From contig CAWFGO010000001.1 of assembly GCA_963815455.1 (NCBI GenBank), positions 352,001-416,000 of the forward strand: a DNA stretch of 64,000 bases, read 5' to 3'. A model generated the notes under the pieces. That model ran no database searches. It was not told the origin of the DNA and was given only the letters and a program-made list of their open reading frames with translations. How positions within the stretch are numbered: position 1 is the first letter of the stretch; every line of letters starts with the position of its first letter. Positions 62,513 to 64,000 of the stretch are shown piece by piece. A program made the position numbers and the translations under genes. This DNA comes from an uncultured Verrucomicrobiae bacterium. Its GTDB lineage: Bacteria > Verrucomicrobiota > Verrucomicrobiia > Chthoniobacterales > UBA10450.

Positions 62513-63844
62513 TTAAATGGCCAACCGCGATCTTGCGGCCGACAAGGGGCATATCAGAATAGCCTTCCGTCGTGCCGAAGCTGTCGTGAACAGCCCACTG
62601 GAAATAATCGTCCAGATCGCCGGTGACTTTCCACGACGTAGTCCTGGCGTCGCCTGCGCTTGTGGCACCTGCACCGGACCTACTATCTGAGTAGTTCGGA
62701 CGGGCTCAGCGCCCTGGGTAGGGACAAACTCTACAGGATCGAGAGAGATGAGGATTCCTCCGATGGTCGCAACGGACTCGCCGGTAAAACCAATCGTGAG
62801 CTGGCCGCCGTGCAATCGCACGACGCCGTCGTGCAGGTAGTCGCTGTCGCTGTCAACGGAGGCGCCAGCGGGGCACACGATACTGACGTCGACATGCTGT
62901 CTGCGGTGTACCGTCCGTGGGAGGTTCCTCACGGCGAATTCGGCAGGGCGTTGTTGCATGGGGGTATTAACAGTCGGCGATATGAGCTCGATCACTTTGC
63001 CGAAGCCCGCTCGGCAACATGACCTGGGCAATCGCTCGCGATCGGCGTCCACATTTGCAGACCCTCGCGCCGCACAGTCAGGTCTAGGTGCGCGGTGGTG
63101 GATTGGTTCACCACCGGCAGCTGGTAGACGTTCATTGTGTCGGTCGTAACAATCTGCTGAAGCTTGGTCTCCGCCGAAAAACAGTTCTGATGGAACGGCG
63201 TTGAGGGTGGTCCCTTCAAGCACGACCGTGCTCCCGGAGACCGCGACCTCAGGGTAATAGCTGGTGACCTTGAAGGGCCTCCACAAGCGCGACTCAGCGA
63301 TGCTGTCGCCGGGCCTGATCCCGGCGATGCCGTCATTGACTCCCCTGGCCGCCTGGAAAATGGACGTTATCTTTTTCCGGAGGATGTCGGCACTTGTGCT
63401 TTGAATCTTGATCTTCGGAGGGCTGGGATTGATCACCGGTGTGCGCTCGGGCAACCCGGACCCGCCGATGCGCGCGAAGGCCTTGACGGTCAGCGGAAGC
63501 GTGAACTTGACCACTTTTTCACCGTCGAGGAGTTGCACGGCATAGGCGCCCGACGGTGGGAGCACTTTGGTTTCGATCGAGACACTCAGTATCTTTGCGC
63601 CGGGGTCGAATTGAGTTTTGCACGTGAAAGCGCTTTGCCCCCCTTCGTTGCGGACGACCGCCGCGGAGACGACGTTCTTTAGCTCCGCCGGGCCTGTGAC
63701 GTTAAACGAAAATCGCCCGGCCGAGGGCATGGTACAGACATAGACTAGGTTCTTAGGCTTGGTCGTTAGCTGCGCCTGCGCGTGTGAAGTGCAACTGAGG
63801 ACCGCGACGTAGGCCGCAACGACGAAGAATGTTTTGGTTTTCAT
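62513..63844 (-). CDS. Large secreted beta-rich protein with possible IPT/TIG domain; frameshifted, true 3' end probably further downstream
   Basis: Signal peptide MKTKTFFVV...AQA; KVTSYYP....GSTVVLEGT. Confidence 0.5.
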   Translation of the reverse strand: MKTKTFFVVAAYVAVLSCTSHAQAQLTTKPKNLVYVCTMPSAGRFSFNVTGPAELKNVVSAAVVRNEGGQSAFTCKTQFDPGAKILSVSIETKVLPPSGAYAVQLLDGEKVVKFTLPLTVKAFARIGGSGLPERTPVINPSPPKIKIQSTSADILRKKITSIFQAARGVNDGIAGIRPGDSIAESRLWRPFKVTSYYPEVAVSGSTVVLEGTTLNAVPSELFFGGDQASADCYDRHNERLPAAGGEPIHHRAPRPDCAARGSANVDADRERLPRSCCRAGFGKVIELISPTVNTPMQQRPAEFAVRNLPRTVHRRQHVDVSIVCPAGASVDSDSDYLHDGVVRLHGGQLTIGFTGESVATIGGILISLDPVEFVPTQGAEPVRTTQIVGPVQVPQAQATPGLRRGKSPAIWTIISSGLFTTASARRKAILICPLSAARSRLAI

Positions 63845-64000
63845 AGTTAGTGGATCTTGACGAGGAGAAGGCTTTCTCAAAGCGAGGGAATGGCGAGTGC
63901 CGATAAGTTCCGCTACAGGCTCCCGCTCAGATGCGATCACTTCAGAGATTATTGTTTTTCCAAGACCCACAGCTGTGTTTGATCCCCACTTATCGGGTGC

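Overview
GC-rich bacterial chromosome segment, most consistent with Verrucomicrobiota (Chthoniobacterales-like). This is an inference from the long GreA, tandem GspE/PilB + PilC + pseudopilin, TIGR04073-like gene and the repeat families. Many single-base frameshifts also hit essential genes (dapA, dapB, dapF, glmS, lpxD), so they are read as long-read assembly indels and fragments are merged below. The backbone is housekeeping: amidase, nnr, greA, terC, serA, queED, dapFAB-folK-panB, pilus/T2SS, glmS, glgC, lpxD, fba, parA, tRNA-Ala(CGC). Accessory parts: (1) 2.6-6.5 kb, a mosaic of TA pairs, YqaJ and a DNA methyltransferase broken by a GYF_2 gene; (2) a TA cassette flanked by a 130-bp duplicated VIT1 3' end; (3) 48.4-58.0 kb, a FabF-fold enzyme with a non-canonical active site translationally coupled to two paralogous histidine kinases, divergent from a REC-kinase and a stand-alone LanB/PEARL-like gene (best candidate for a new signalling/biosynthetic system); (4) a direct-repeat-bounded wHTH + HEPN cassette next to the tRNA. 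A recurring signature is duplication of gene ends (MTase 5', VIT1 3', parA 5', tRNA 3') around inserted REP or TA DNA. All family assignments are by eye from motifs; no searches were run.
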